Counted from the stretch's first letter, positions 35,665-46,408 are shown. The stretch is DNA of 64,000 bases from Candidatus Latescibacterota bacterium (GCA_965243025.1 CBDETY010000003.1:4768001-4832000); one strand, 5' to 3'. Translations and numbers: made by a program. Notes: generated by a model not told the origin, from the sequence alone.

Positions 35665-38145
35665 ATGACCTCCACCGCTGAAGCGACGCGCCCCCGGATC
35701 GCCGCCATCGTCACCGAGTACCGCAAGTACTCCCACGGCCAGCACATCTGCGACCGCTTCCTCGAAGGGTACGGGTGGGGCGGCCGCCACCACCGCCCGG
35801 CGATGGACCTGGTGTCGCTCTACGTCGACCAGTTCCCCGAGAACGACCTCAGCCGCGAGCGCGAGTCCCGCTTCGAGCACCTGACCATTTACCCGACCGT
35901 GGCCGACGCCCTGACCCTGGGCGGCGGCGGCCTCGCCGTCGACGGCGTCCTCCTCATCGGCGAGCACGGCTCCTACGGCACCAACGAGAAGGGGCAGCGG
36001 CTCTACCCCCGCTACGAGCTCTTCCGGCAGATCGTCTCCGTCTACCGCACCACCGGCAGAACCGCCCCCGTCTTCAACGACAAGCACCTCTCGTGGAACT
36101 GGGAGTGGGCGCGCGAGATGTACGACACCTCCCGGGAAATGGGATTCCCCTTCATGGCCGGCTCCTCCCTGCCGGTCACCTGGCGCACACCGGCGGTCGA
36201 CCTGCCCCTGGGCGCCCGGGTCGGCGAGGCGGTCTGCGTCGCCGTCGGCGGGGTCGACAGCTACGACTTCCACGCCCTCGAAACCCTGCAGTGCATGGTC
36301 GAGCGCAGGCAGGGGGGCGAGACCGGGGTGCGCTGGCTCGAGGCGTTCCGCGGCGACCGCTTCTGGCAGGCGCACAGCGACCGGCTCTGGTCCCGCGACC
36401 TGTTCGAGGCTGCCCTGTGCCGCAGCCATACCCTGACCCCGGCGCGCAGCGGCTTCAACAACCCGTTCCCGACCATCGACGAGATGAAACGCCTGGTCGA
36501 GGACCCGGTCGCCTACCACTACGAGCACCTCGACGGCCTCAGGTGCACGATGACCCTGTTCAACGGCCTGGTGCAGGACTTCAACTTCGCGGCGCGGCTC
36601 GAGGGAAGCGGGCGCCCGTTCTCCACCCAGATGTACCTGCCGATGCCGCCGGTGCGCACGACCCTGGCCAACTTCTTCAGTCCCCAGTGCTACCAGGTCG
36701 AGCGCATGTTCCTCAGCGGCAAGCCGTCGTACCCCGTCGAGCGCACCCTGCTGACCACCGGTCTCGTCGCTGCCGGCGTCGACAGCCTGCACCGGGAGCA
36801 GGCCAGAATCGACACTCCCCACCTCGCCATCGCGTACCGGGCGGAAGAGGAATCGACTTTCCAGGGGGCGCCCGGCAGTGAGCCCGGGCAGCCGGCAGTT
36901 CCCGCCGCGCCCGGCGATCAGCCCCTCCACGCCGACATCGTCAGCGGCCGCCGCACCGCCGCGAAACCCCCAATACGGGTAGCCATCATCGCCACCATCT
37001 ACCGGTACCTGTCCCACGGCCAGCACTTCGGCGACCGCTTCATGGTCGGCTATGCCTACGAGGGATCCTGGCACCGGCCCGACATGCAGGTGGTGTCCAT
37101 GTACGTCGACCAGCGGCCCGAAGGGGACCAGAGCGAGGACCGCGCCCGCGAGTTCGGGTTCAGCGTCCATCCGACCATAGCGGAAGCGCTCAGGTGCGGG
37201 GGAGAGCGGCTCGCAGTCGACGCCGCCGTCATCATCGGCGAGCACGGCGAGTACCCCGACAACGAGCTCGGGCAGAAGCAGTACCCGCGCTACGAGTTCT
37301 TCAAGCAGTGCGTCGAGGTGTTCGAGGAGGACGGAAGGGCGGTGCCGGTATACAACGACAAGCACCTGTCGTACAGCTTCGAGAAGGCAAGCGAGATGGT
37401 CGCCGACGGACACCGCCTCGGGTTTCCCGTCATAGCGGGATCCTCGCTGCCGGTGACCTGGCGGCTGCCGGACGTCGAGCTGCCCCTCGGCTGCGACATC
37501 GAGGAAGCGCTGATGGTCGGCGTCGGCGGCTCCGACGCCATGGACTACCACGCCCTCGAGGCGATGCAGTGCATGATCGAGCGGCGCCGGGGGGGCGAGA
37601 CCGGGGTCGCCGCGGTGCAGCTGCTCGACGGGGACGCGGTCTGGAAGGCCGGGGACGACGGACTCTGGTCGTGGGAGCTGCTCGAGGCGGCGCTGTCGCG
37701 TTCAGACTCGCCGTGCGGATCGACGCTGGAAGACGGTCGCACCCAGGACCTGACGGGCAGCGGCGAGGTCAAGCGGCTGGCCGGGGAGCCGGCGGCCTAC
37801 CTGATCGAGTTCCGCGACGGCCTGCGGGCGACGCTGCTTATGCTCAACGGCGCGGTCAGGGACTACTGCTTCGCGGCGAGACTGAGCGGTGAGGAGCGTC
37901 CGGTGTCGGCCCAGATCTTCCTGACGCCGACCCCGCCGGTCACCTACTCCGCCTCGCTGGTGGCCAAAATCGTCGAGACGATACTGACGGAAAAGGCGGC
38001 GTTCCCCGCGGAGCGCACGCTGATCGTCAACGGCATCCAGGAGAGCTGCCTGGTGTCGCGGTCGCAGGGAAACGCCCGGCTCGAAACCCCGCACCTGTCG
38101 GTGACCTACCAGGCCCCCGAGGCATCCCACCACGCGCGCCGGTAG
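35665..38145 (+). CDS. Protein with two tandem copies of an uncharacterised Rossmann/Gfo-Idh-MocA-like domain
   Basis: Duplicated motifs SHGQH..DRF, IGEHG.Y, YPRYE, NDKHLS, AGSSLPVTWR, HALE..QCM.ERR.GGETGV, P.ERTL. Confidence 0.85.
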   Translation: MTSTAEATRPRIAAIVTEYRKYSHGQHICDRFLEGYGWGGRHHRPAMDLVSLYVDQFPENDLSRERESRFEHLTIYPTVADALTLGGGGLAVDGVLLIGEHGSYGTNEKGQRLYPRYELFRQIVSVYRTTGRTAPVFNDKHLSWNWEWAREMYDTSREMGFPFMAGSSLPVTWRTPAVDLPLGARVGEAVCVAVGGVDSYDFHALETLQCMVERRQGGETGVRWLEAFRGDRFWQAHSDRLWSRDLFEAALCRSHTLTPARSGFNNPFPTIDEMKRLVEDPVAYHYEHLDGLRCTMTLFNGLVQDFNFAARLEGSGRPFSTQMYLPMPPVRTTLANFFSPQCYQVERMFLSGKPSYPVERTLLTTGLVAAGVDSLHREQARIDTPHLAIAYRAEEESTFQGAPGSEPGQPAVPAAPGDQPLHADIVSGRRTAAKPPIRVAIIATIYRYLSHGQHFGDRFMVGYAYEGSWHRPDMQVVSMYVDQRPEGDQSEDRAREFGFSVHPTIAEALRCGGERLAVDAAVIIGEHGEYPDNELGQKQYPRYEFFKQCVEVFEEDGRAVPVYNDKHLSYSFEKASEMVADGHRLGFPVIAGSSLPVTWRLPDVELPLGCDIEEALMVGVGGSDAMDYHALEAMQCMIERRRGGETGVAAVQLLDGDAVWKAGDDGLWSWELLEAALSRSDSPCGSTLEDGRTQDLTGSGEVKRLAGEPAAYLIEFRDGLRATLLMLNGAVRDYCFAARLSGEERPVSAQIFLTPTPPVTYSASLVAKIVETILTEKAAFPAERTLIVNGIQESCLVSRSQGNARLETPHLSVTYQAPEASHHARR

Positions 38146-38219
38146 CGGTCCGTGCCGGAGGTGAGAGGTTCCCCGGTTCATGGCCGCGCCAGAATCTCCC
38201 TGCGGGTCAGCCGGGAGGG

Positions 38220-38468
38220 TCAGTCGATCAAGCCGCGTTCCTTCATCCAGCTTTCGACTTCGTCGCTGCCGACGTCGACCAGCATCTCTCCGTCGATCTC
38301 GACGCAGGGAGAGGAGTCCTGCCCGCTTTTTGCGACCATCTCGCGGTAGTCGCCGGGGTTTCCGATGATATCGCGGTATTCGAACTCCAGCTGGTGCTTT
38401 TGGAGAAAGTCAACAACCCCGCGCGCCCACGGGCACCCGGGATTCAGATAGGCGACGATCTTGGGCAT
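38220..38468 (-). CDS. Glutaredoxin-like protein
   Basis: 82 aa, GCPWA, KSGQ.SSPCVEIDG. Confidence 0.85.
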   Translation of the reverse strand: MPKIVAYLNPGCPWARGVVDFLQKHQLEFEYRDIIGNPGDYREMVAKSGQDSSPCVEIDGEMLVDVGSDEVESWMKERGLID

Positions 38469-38538
38469 GGTCCCTGATTTCGCGGTGGGTTTTTTCGAAT
38501 TGGAGGCTGCCGACTGCGCGGCCGGTCTACGATAGACC

Positions 38539-39423
38539 GTGCCCGCTGTTTCGACAAGCGAATGGCTGGCCCTGGGATCCGCCCTGTTGTGGGCGGCCAA
38601 CGGCATCGTCATCCGAACCCAGAGCGCCAAAGCTTCCCCGGCGGCGATAAACGCAATCCGCTGCGGGGCTTCGGCAGTGGTCTTCTGGCTCATCCTTCCT
38701 TTTGAAACCCCGCAATACCCCCTGTGGTCGATCCCCTGGCAGGACGCGGCCTGGCTGGCCGCTTCGGTAATCACCAACATCGTAATCGGCGACACCTTCT
38801 ATCTGGCGTCCCTCAAGGAGCTGGGGGTTTCCCGTTCCCTGGCCCTGTCCGGCACCTTTCCCCTGACCACCCTGCTGTTCGAGTATCTCCTCCTCGATTT
38901 CGCACCGGACCGCACTCTGGCCCTGGGGGCCTTGCTTGTGGTCGCCGGGGTCGCACTGCTTTCGCAGCGCAGCACACAGGTCGACGCTGTGGGCGGGGGG
39001 CGGACCGGGATCGGAATCGCCTTCGCCCTGAGCGCCTCTTTCGTTTGGGGGTTGGGAGTCGTTCTCCTCAAACCGGCTCTCGCCCACGTTACCCTGGTCC
39101 AGGCGAACGCCCTGCGCATGCCGCTGGTCGCCCTGCTCCTCCTCGTCTTCCGCATTCTCCCGGCTCGGGAGGCCAGCATCGGCCGATTGGACCGCCGCGC
39201 CTTCCTCATCATTGCCGGCAGCGGCCTGATCGGCATGGGATTGGGGTCCTGGATGTTTCTGGCCGCGGTGATGGATATCGGCCCGGCGCGCACCGCCACC
39301 CTGACCTCCATCTACCCGGTGTTCGGCCTGATCCTGGCGGTTCTGTTCTTGCGGGAGCGGCTTTCCCTGCCGATGGCGGCCGGAGTAGCCGCCTGCGTCG
39401 CAGGAGTGTGGGTAGTGGTGTAA
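38539..39423 (+). CDS. DMT/EamA transporter
   Basis: Ten TM segments, two EamA repeats. Confidence 0.88.
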   Translation: MPAVSTSEWLALGSALLWAANGIVIRTQSAKASPAAINAIRCGASAVVFWLILPFETPQYPLWSIPWQDAAWLAASVITNIVIGDTFYLASLKELGVSRSLALSGTFPLTTLLFEYLLLDFAPDRTLALGALLVVAGVALLSQRSTQVDAVGGGRTGIGIAFALSASFVWGLGVVLLKPALAHVTLVQANALRMPLVALLLLVFRILPAREASIGRLDRRAFLIIAGSGLIGMGLGSWMFLAAVMDIGPARTATLTSIYPVFGLILAVLFLRERLSLPMAAGVAACVAGVWVVV

Positions 39424-39481
39424 GACTGACCGCCGCCCCGGTGCCGCCAAACCGGAGGCGGGATTCCGGCAGGGCTTCCGC

Positions 39482-40177
39482 CTATTCGAACTGGCGCTTG
39501 AACTCCTCGAACCCCGAGCGCAGCGAGGCGATTTCCGCGCCCATTTCGGCAACGGCGGCTTCGAGGCGGTCGAGCCGTTCGTCTTCGGCGGCCGCGGCCT
39601 GGCGGGCGGCTTCCGGCCTGGCCCCGCCCGGCTCTCCGGGGCCGGCCGGGCCCTCGCCCGGGGGCTCATCGATCTCGGGGGGACCCCCGAGCAGATGGGC
39701 GAAGCGGGACTCCTTGAACCCGTGCTGACGGGGCAGCCTGACGACCGCGGCCCCGGCCTCCCGGTTCGCCAGCGCTTCGAGCGCGGCCTCCACCGCGGCG
39801 AGGTCCTCGAAGGGGTGCATGCGGCTGCCGCGGCTGCGCAGCTCGCCCGGCGTCTGCGGCCCGCGCAGCATCAGCTCGCAGAGCACCGCCACCTCCGGTT
39901 CGGGAAACCCCCTGACGTCGGTGAACCGGTGGTAGTACTTCGGGACCCGGGCGTCGTGCCCGCTGACGACGCGCACCAGCTCCTTGTCCCGCAGCGAATC
40001 GAGGGTCCGCACCACCGCCTTCTCGCTGTACTGAACCACCGGGGCGCGGTTGGACTTCTGGTTGCAGGCCGCGGTCAGGGCGTTCAGGGTCATCGGGTAG
40101 TAGTCCGGTGTCGTGATCCCCTTCTCGATCAGGCAGCCGAGAACGCGCAGCTCCTCGGGGGTGAGCAAAGGTTCCAT
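39482..40177 (-). CDS. YceH/DUF480 family protein
   Basis: RVLGCLIEK..TTPDYYPMTLNAL..ACNQKSNR.PV, LRGPQTPGELR. Confidence 0.92.
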   Translation of the reverse strand: MEPLLTPEELRVLGCLIEKGITTPDYYPMTLNALTAACNQKSNRAPVVQYSEKAVVRTLDSLRDKELVRVVSGHDARVPKYYHRFTDVRGFPEPEVAVLCELMLRGPQTPGELRSRGSRMHPFEDLAAVEAALEALANREAGAAVVRLPRQHGFKESRFAHLLGGPPEIDEPPGEGPAGPGEPGGARPEAARQAAAAEDERLDRLEAAVAEMGAEIASLRSGFEEFKRQFE

Positions 40178-40212
40178 CGCCGTGTCGTGGGTGGATTCGA
40201 GGCCGAACCGCC

Positions 40213-41406
40213 TCAGCTGCGCGGCCAGTTGTCCCAGAAGCGGCGCGCGACCTCCACGTGCATGCGCACCCCGTGCGGAATCGCCCCGTCGGAAAAATCG
40301 TAGTTCGGCTGGTGCAGGTGGGGGTACTGGTCCACGCCGGCCGGACAGACGCCGAGGGCGTAGAAGGCGGCGGGGATCCGCTGCGCGTAGAAGGCGAAGT
40401 CCTCGCCCCCCATCACCGGGTCCATCGACTGAAAGGAGATGCCGGCACCGGCCTCGGCTACAGTTCGCTCGACGAAGTCGGTGGCAACCGGATCGTTCTC
40501 CAGCACCGGGTAGCCGTCGAAGATCTCAACCTCCGCGGCGCCCCCCAGGGCGGATGCCGTGCCCTCGGCGACCTCGGCAATGCGGCGGTGTATCATCTGG
40601 CGCGTCTCCGAATTCAGGGTGCGCACGGTCCCTGCCAGCTCCACCTGCGGCGGGATGATGTTGTAGCCCGAGCCGCCGCCGACGCGGGCGACGGTGACGA
40701 CCGCGGAGTCGAGGGGATCCGTGGTCCGCGAGACGATGGTCTGCAGGGCGACGATCACGTGCGAGGCGATGACGATGGGGTCGACTCCCTGGTGCGGGAA
40801 GGCGGCGTGCGCGCCCCGGCCGCGGACGGTGATCTCCATCTTGTCCGAGCTCGCCAGGACGGGGCCGGGGCGCAGGGCGATCTCGCCGATCTTCAGGGAC
40901 GGCCACCCGTGAAGGCCGAAGATCGCCGTCACCTCGGGGTCGGCGAGGACTCCCTCCTCACACATGCGGCGGCCGCCGGCGCCCCCCTCCTCGGCCGGCT
41001 GGAAGACGAACTTCACCGGACCTGGCAGATCGTCGGCGAGCGCCGTCAGCACCCGCGCCGCTCCCACCAGGCAGGTCACGTGGCCGTCGTGGCCGCAGGC
41101 GTGCATCTTGCCCGGCACCTTGGAGGCGTAGCTCCTGTCCGACTGCTCCTGTATCGGCAGGGCGTCCATGTCGGCCCGCAGGGCGACGCACGGCCCCGGC
41201 TTGTCCGCCCCGAGGGTGGCGACCACGCCGGTCTCCGCCACGCCGGTGCGGATGCTCAGACCGGGAAGCTCCTGCAGCTCGCTGAGAATGCGCGCGGAGG
41301 TGCGCTCCTCCTCGTAGCCGAGCTCCGGGTGTTCGTGAAGGTCGTGGCGCAGCTGCGTCAGCCCGGGAAGGGCCGCCTCAATCAGTTGTTCAATCCTGTC
41401 GCTCAT
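40213..41406 (-). CDS. M20 family amidohydrolase
   Basis: HEHPELGYEE, LRADMDALP, MHACGHDGH, FQPAEEG, GGEDF. Confidence 0.94.
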   Translation of the reverse strand: MSDRIEQLIEAALPGLTQLRHDLHEHPELGYEEERTSARILSELQELPGLSIRTGVAETGVVATLGADKPGPCVALRADMDALPIQEQSDRSYASKVPGKMHACGHDGHVTCLVGAARVLTALADDLPGPVKFVFQPAEEGGAGGRRMCEEGVLADPEVTAIFGLHGWPSLKIGEIALRPGPVLASSDKMEITVRGRGAHAAFPHQGVDPIVIASHVIVALQTIVSRTTDPLDSAVVTVARVGGGSGYNIIPPQVELAGTVRTLNSETRQMIHRRIAEVAEGTASALGGAAEVEIFDGYPVLENDPVATDFVERTVAEAGAGISFQSMDPVMGGEDFAFYAQRIPAAFYALGVCPAGVDQYPHLHQPNYDFSDGAIPHGVRMHVEVARRFWDNWPRS

Positions 41407-41537
41407 CTCTCCGAAGCCTGGGAAAGGGGTCTGCGGATTTCTGGGATTTTCCGGCGGAACAAGCTAAACCGGGCCCGTTGCGCCTGCCAAACGGGAGGCC
41501 CTTTCCCCGCCCGGGCCCCCGTACCTTCAAACCCCGC

Positions 41538-41849
41538 CTATTCCCGCTTCAGCTGCACCAGGGTGGCTCCCCAGCCGCCGCCGCCCGCACCCGCCAGCCG
41601 GAACGACTCGACGCCGGGGTGGCGCTCGAGAATCCTGTGCACGCTCTCGCGAAGGATCCCCTTGCCTTTCCCGTGCACGATGCGGACCTGAAAGATCCCC
41701 TTCTCGCGGCAGGCCTCGAGGTAGTCGGGCACGAGCGTCCCCACGTCCCTCGGGAGAAAGGTGTGGAGGTCGAGGGTGCCGTCGATCGGGTGCTCGATCG
41801 GTTCGTCGCTCAAAATGCTGATTCCAGGGGGGCGGCGTCCGTCAGACAT
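41538..41849 (-). CDS. Stand-alone Smr domain protein
   Basis: LDLH, RIVHGKG.G.LR, GGWGAT. Confidence 0.9.
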   Translation of the reverse strand: MSDGRRPPGISILSDEPIEHPIDGTLDLHTFLPRDVGTLVPDYLEACREKGIFQVRIVHGKGKGILRESVHRILERHPGVESFRLAGAGGGGWGATLVQLKRE

Positions 41850-43296
41850 CCAGGGCGGCGGCAGCCGCCGTCTCCTGGGTCATCACGGCGCTGCGCACGA
41901 GGGCGAGCTTGTTGGCGGCGTTGAAGGCGGCAACCTTGTAGCACTCCGCCAGGGTGGGATAGTTGAACACCGTGCGGATGAAGTAGTCGAGGCCGCCTCC
42001 CAGACCCAGAACCGCCTGCCCCACGTGCACCAGCTCGGTGGCCCCCGAACCGATGCAGTGGGCGCCGAGAAGGCGCCCGTCCTCGCGGTGGAAGATCAGC
42101 TTCACCATCCCCGAGTCGTCGCCGAGAATCTGCCCGCGCGCGATTTCCTTGTAATGGGCGATTCCGGTCTCGTACGGCACGCGGTCCCCGGTGAGCTCCT
42201 CCTCGGTCGCTCCCACCATGGAGATTTCCGGGATGGCGTAGATCCCGACCGGGAAGTGGCGGCCCATCGGCTTCGCCTCGACTCCGAACATGTGGCAGGC
42301 AGCGAGGCGTCCCTGCTCGCTTGAAGTGGCGGCCAGCGCCGGGAAACCGATGACGTCGCCGGCGGCGTAGATATTCTCCGTCGCCGTGCAGAGATGCTCG
42401 TCGACCTTCAGGCGGCCCCGCTCGTCCGCCCGCAGGCCGACCGATTCGAGATTGAGATCCTCGGTCGAGCCGATGCGGCCGGCCGAGAACAGCACCACGT
42501 CGGCGACGATATGCTTGCCGGACTCGAGCTCGATGAGACCCTTGCGCTGGGGCACCTCGACCACTTCGAGACGCTCGACCGCCTCGCCGCAGCGGAAGGT
42601 TACGTCCGCCTTCCGCATCTGGTGGATGAGCTCGTCGACGATCTCGTGGTCGAGGAACTCCAGCGGCCGGGGACGCCGGTCGATCACCGTCACCTGCACC
42701 CCGAGGGCGGCGAACATCGAAGCGTACTCGATGCCGATGACCCCGGCGCCGACCACGGCGATGCTGCGCGGCAGGTTCTCCAGGTCGAGGAGGCAGTCCG
42801 GAGTCATGATTGTCCGGTCGTCCGCCTGGATGCCGGGGGGATCGCTGGGACGCGTGCCCACGGCGATCAGCACCTTGTCCGTCGACAGCCGGCGGCGCCC
42901 CTGGGCGCCCTCCACCTGCAAGGTGTGCCCGTCGATGAAGGAAGCCGTGCCGCGCACGACCTCGATGTCGTTGCGCCCCAGGTTTTCCTGGACGACGAAG
43001 AGCTCGCGCTCGATGACGCGCTCCACGTGGTCGACCAACTGCTGCATGGTGGGCCTGGACCGGGGCCGGAACTGCTCGGATGCCTCCAGGCCCGGACGGG
43101 AATAGGCGCGCTGCACGGCCTCGCGAAAGGTCTTTGAAGGGATGGTCCCCGACTCGATGCAGACGCCGCCGATCATCTGCTGCTTTTCGACGACCGCCAC
43201 CTTCCTGCCCAGCTTGGAGGCCTGGATGGCGGCGCGCTGGCCGGCCGGTCCGCTGCCGATGCAGACGAGGTCATAGGTGTAGCTGTTCGTGCTCAT
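41842..43296 (-). CDS. sthA: Soluble Si-specific NAD(P)+ transhydrogenase
   Basis: [18 protein letters not shown] (single Cys), [28 protein letters not shown]. Confidence 0.93.
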   Translation of the reverse strand: MSTNSYTYDLVCIGSGPAGQRAAIQASKLGRKVAVVEKQQMIGGVCIESGTIPSKTFREAVQRAYSRPGLEASEQFRPRSRPTMQQLVDHVERVIERELFVVQENLGRNDIEVVRGTASFIDGHTLQVEGAQGRRRLSTDKVLIAVGTRPSDPPGIQADDRTIMTPDCLLDLENLPRSIAVVGAGVIGIEYASMFAALGVQVTVIDRRPRPLEFLDHEIVDELIHQMRKADVTFRCGEAVERLEVVEVPQRKGLIELESGKHIVADVVLFSAGRIGSTEDLNLESVGLRADERGRLKVDEHLCTATENIYAAGDVIGFPALAATSSEQGRLAACHMFGVEAKPMGRHFPVGIYAIPEISMVGATEEELTGDRVPYETGIAHYKEIARGQILGDDSGMVKLIFHREDGRLLGAHCIGSGATELVHVGQAVLGLGGGLDYFIRTVFNYPTLAECYKVAAFNAANKLALVRSAVMTQETAAAAALDV

Positions 43297-43348
43297 ACTT
43301 CCCCTCCCGAGGTGGGGAGTTCCGGAGCGCCGGGCGGGTGCCGGGCGG

Positions 43349-43367
43349 GTGAATATTCAATATTCAC
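43349..43367. promoter_or_regulatory. Palindromic operator candidate
   Basis: GTGAATATT-C-AATATTCAC perfect 9-bp inverted repeat in the divergent intergenic region upstream of sthA, next to TTGACA (43375-80). Confidence 0.55.
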
Positions 43368-43583
43368 AAAGGAGTTGACAATTCCGCGATGCCGAGGCGG
43401 CCTTGAAAACTCGGGATGGAGGAGGACCAACCCCGGGGAATTCCCCTGCCCGGCTGCTGTTGCGGCCCCGGACGGGACATGCCCGCTTTACAAGGAACCT
43501 CTTCTGTCGCGAAAGTACGGCGAGCCGGCTTGCCGTTGAGAAATCACGGTGTTTCGTATTTCCAGGTGAGGAGCACGAGTAAA

Positions 43584-44924
43584 ATGAACGCCATGCTGTC
43601 AACCGGGGTTTTCGCCCTGCTCGCCGCCGCGCTGGCGCGGCCCCTCGACGCCCACAACGGCAGCGTCGCCATCGCCGTGCCGCTGCAGGGAATCGCCGTG
43701 GACGGCGACCTGTCCGACTGGCCCCCCGGGCTCGTGGAATACCCGATCGCCTTCCCGGAATGGGGGGATGCCCCCGTCAGCGAGGAGGATTTCCAGGGGG
43801 TCTTCCGGGTCGGATACAGCGTCGAACAGAACTCCCTGTACGTCGCCGTGGAAGTTTCCGACGAATCGGTCGTGCTCGACTCGACCGTTGTCGCTCACTG
43901 GAACACCCAGGAGGGCAGCGGCCTGCCCGTGGCATTGCACGGGGACTCGTCGGTCGAGGTGATAGGGATCTCCGGCTACGAGATGAAGTACAACACCCTC
44001 ACAGCTCCCAGCGCCCTGGCGACGATGACGACACCCGGGGGGCGGAACTACGAGTACGCCGTGGATGCCGGTTCTCTCGGCGACGGACTGGTCCGTCTCG
44101 AGCCCGGCATGATGCTCGCTTTCGACGTCGTCGTCCACGACAAGGACGAAGACGGCTCCTTTTCCTGGATCGCCTGGGGAAGAGGCATAAACAAGTCAGG
44201 CCATCCCGATTCGTACGAGAGGCTGGGCGACCTCGTGCTGGTAACGGAAGGGGCCATGGCGCCGGTGGCCTCCCCCGACCCCCGCCCGGAGGTGGTGGTC
44301 GCCGGGGCGGACCGGCTTGCCGAGGCCATGGAAAGGGGGGACGCCGACCGCGTCCGACAACTGGTCGGGGAAGGCGGGTGGTACACCCTGCGCGGCAAGA
44401 GCGGCGAGCTCTTCAACGGCTTCAGCCTGGGGAACTGGTGGCCCCTGTCCGACCTGTGGCGCGTCGAGGACGGACAGATCGTCTGCCCCACCTCCGACCG
44501 CATCCATTTCCTGATCTCGGAGTACGTCGTCGGAGAGCCGTTTCAGCTCCGCTGCGAAGTCGCCGCCCTGGACCGGTCCCCCGGTGACGGAAAGATGGTC
44601 GGGTTCGTCGATGCGGCCGGCGACAACGTGCTGGTCGCCCTCGACGACGACGAGCCGCACACCATTCAGATAGACAGCGGGCGCAAGGTGTTCGACGCTT
44701 CCGGGGTCAGGGGCCCCTGGAAAATGGAGACGTCCGCCGGCCTCCAGATGCAGATCGGGAAGTGGTACGAAGTGGTCTGCACGGTGGACGGCACGAACTT
44801 CACCGTCTCGACTGGAGACGTGGAGCTGCAGCATCCCTTCGAGCCGCAGTTTCCGGTGTTCATCTGGCTAGAGGTGCAGCGCACCGGGGCCAGGTTCCGG
44901 GGTCTGCGGATATCGAAGCTTTAG
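43584..44924 (+). CDS. Secreted protein with a CBM9/DOMON-like sugar-binding domain and a DUF1080-like beta-sandwich
   Basis: Signal peptide ending LDA; IAVDGDLSDW, LYVAVEV.D, FDV.V.DKD; C-terminal LFNG..L..W..WRVEDG, RFRGLRI. Confidence 0.65.
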   Translation: MNAMLSTGVFALLAAALARPLDAHNGSVAIAVPLQGIAVDGDLSDWPPGLVEYPIAFPEWGDAPVSEEDFQGVFRVGYSVEQNSLYVAVEVSDESVVLDSTVVAHWNTQEGSGLPVALHGDSSVEVIGISGYEMKYNTLTAPSALATMTTPGGRNYEYAVDAGSLGDGLVRLEPGMMLAFDVVVHDKDEDGSFSWIAWGRGINKSGHPDSYERLGDLVLVTEGAMAPVASPDPRPEVVVAGADRLAEAMERGDADRVRQLVGEGGWYTLRGKSGELFNGFSLGNWWPLSDLWRVEDGQIVCPTSDRIHFLISEYVVGEPFQLRCEVAALDRSPGDGKMVGFVDAAGDNVLVALDDDEPHTIQIDSGRKVFDASGVRGPWKMETSAGLQMQIGKWYEVVCTVDGTNFTVSTGDVELQHPFEPQFPVFIWLEVQRTGARFRGLRISKL

Positions 44925-45046
44925 GGGCAGTCGCGGCCGGAGCGGACCCGGACGCCGCGCGCGCAGCGGCAGGGCGCACAACCGCGTTCTACACAGGTGA
45001 ATCGACCGAGCCCGCCTGAACCAGGAGAGGCAGCGACACCAGCTGC

Positions 45047-46408
45047 TCAACCCTTCGCTTTCCCGACCGCCTCGTAAACCCTGGCCGGATGGGGGTAGTC
45101 CTCGACCTCCCTGAACAGCGCCCTGGCCTTTTCCGCCATCCCCGCCCGGCCGTAGAAGTAGATGAGGTTCCCGGCCTCGTTCGGTCTCCCGGTCAGGTCC
45201 CACACCTTTTCCTGAACTTTCACCGCGCCGCTCCAATCGCCCCGGTGAAACCCCAGGCAGGTTCCCATCTGCCGGAGCGCAACGTAGGCCCATACAGTCT
45301 TTCGGTCTAACTCGTAAATCTTTCCATACACCGGGTATGCCTCATCCCACCGGTCCTGCCGCGCCAGGGACAGGGCGAGGTAGTTCAGGCACCGCTGGTC
45401 TTCGGGAGCCGCGGCGGCCGCATGGCGGGAAACTTCCTCCATCTCCTCGAAGTCGCCCTTCCACAGGAGCATCTGCGCCGTGGCGGTCAGAGCAACGAGG
45501 TTGTCGGGATCCCTCTCGAGCCGGCGGCCGCACAGGTCCAGGCATTTCTCGATTGCCGCGGCCTGCCTTTCCCGTTCGCCCGACCACATGGCGGTGAACT
45601 CCAGAGCGACCTCTATCGATTCCGGGGCAGCCTGCGCGGCTCGTCGAAGGGTCGCTTCTTCTTCCCGGGACGGCCCCTCTATCGGGTCGTAGGTCCGTCC
45701 CAGCTCCATCAATGCCTCGGGATGGTCCGGGCACACCTCCAGTGCTTCCCTGAAGCGCGCGCGCGCGTGGTTCATTCTCATGTACAACCGATCCTTCCTG
45801 CCCTGTTCCAACAGGCGGGCAATGGTCCGCGCTGCGAATCCCTCGGGCAGATCCTGCCTGCTGCCGGCGTCTCTTGCCATGCGGGTTACCTCCTCCTGAA
45901 GCTGTCTGCGCGCCCTGTACAGCCGCTGTTTCACCCCCGCGGGGGTTGTTCCCGTCCGCAGAGCCACGTCCTGAATCGAACGGCCCTCCAGATAGTGCAG
46001 TGTAAACGCCCGGACGCTTTTCTCGGGGAGCCTGGAGAACAGCTCCTGAAACGCTGCCCGGCGGATTACCGCCGGCTCCGGATGCTCTTGGAGATCCGTC
46101 TGCGCGGCCGCCGACTCCGACGCGGCTCGACGGCGGCGGTCCTCCCTCAACCTGTTGAGGCAGACGTTGCGGAGTATCTGCCCGACCCAGGCCGGGAATC
46201 GGGAAGGCTCCTTCAGAGTCTCGAGCTGGCGGAACGCCTTCAGGAATGCGTCCTGGAGAGCATCCTGTGATTCCTCCCGGACACGCAGGTAACTCAGCGC
46301 CTGCAGGTAGAGGCGGTCCTGGTGGCGGACCACCAGCGCTTCGAAGGCGGAAAGGCGGCCGGAAAGGGCGGCAGCTATCAGCTGGGCATCTGTGGATGGG
46401 CTTTCCAT
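45047..46408 (-). CDS. ECF sigma factor with C-terminal TPR extension
   Basis: DAQLI, AFEALV.RHQ, DALQDAF, FPAW; sigma-4 GVKQRLYRARRQL; TPR helices downstream. Confidence 0.9.
   Translation of the reverse strand: MESPSTDAQLIAAALSGRLSAFEALVVRHQDRLYLQALSYLRVREESQDALQDAFLKAFRQLETLKEPSRFPAWVGQILRNVCLNRLREDRRRRAASESAAAQTDLQEHPEPAVIRRAAFQELFSRLPEKSVRAFTLHYLEGRSIQDVALRTGTTPAGVKQRLYRARRQLQEEVTRMARDAGSRQDLPEGFAARTIARLLEQGRKDRLYMRMNHARARFREALEVCPDHPEALMELGRTYDPIEGPSREEEATLRRAAQAAPESIEVALEFTAMWSGERERQAAAIEKCLDLCGRRLERDPDNLVALTATAQMLLWKGDFEEMEEVSRHAAAAAPEDQRCLNYLALSLARQDRWDEAYPVYGKIYELDRKTVWAYVALRQMGTCLGFHRGDWSGAVKVQEKVWDLTGRPNEAGNLIYFYGRAGMAEKARALFREVEDYPHPARVYEAVGKAKG

Noticed and set aside
43347-43369. 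Canonical Rex box
   Set aside because: Half-site spacing is 9 nt, not the 4 nt of TTGTGAA-N4-TTCACAA
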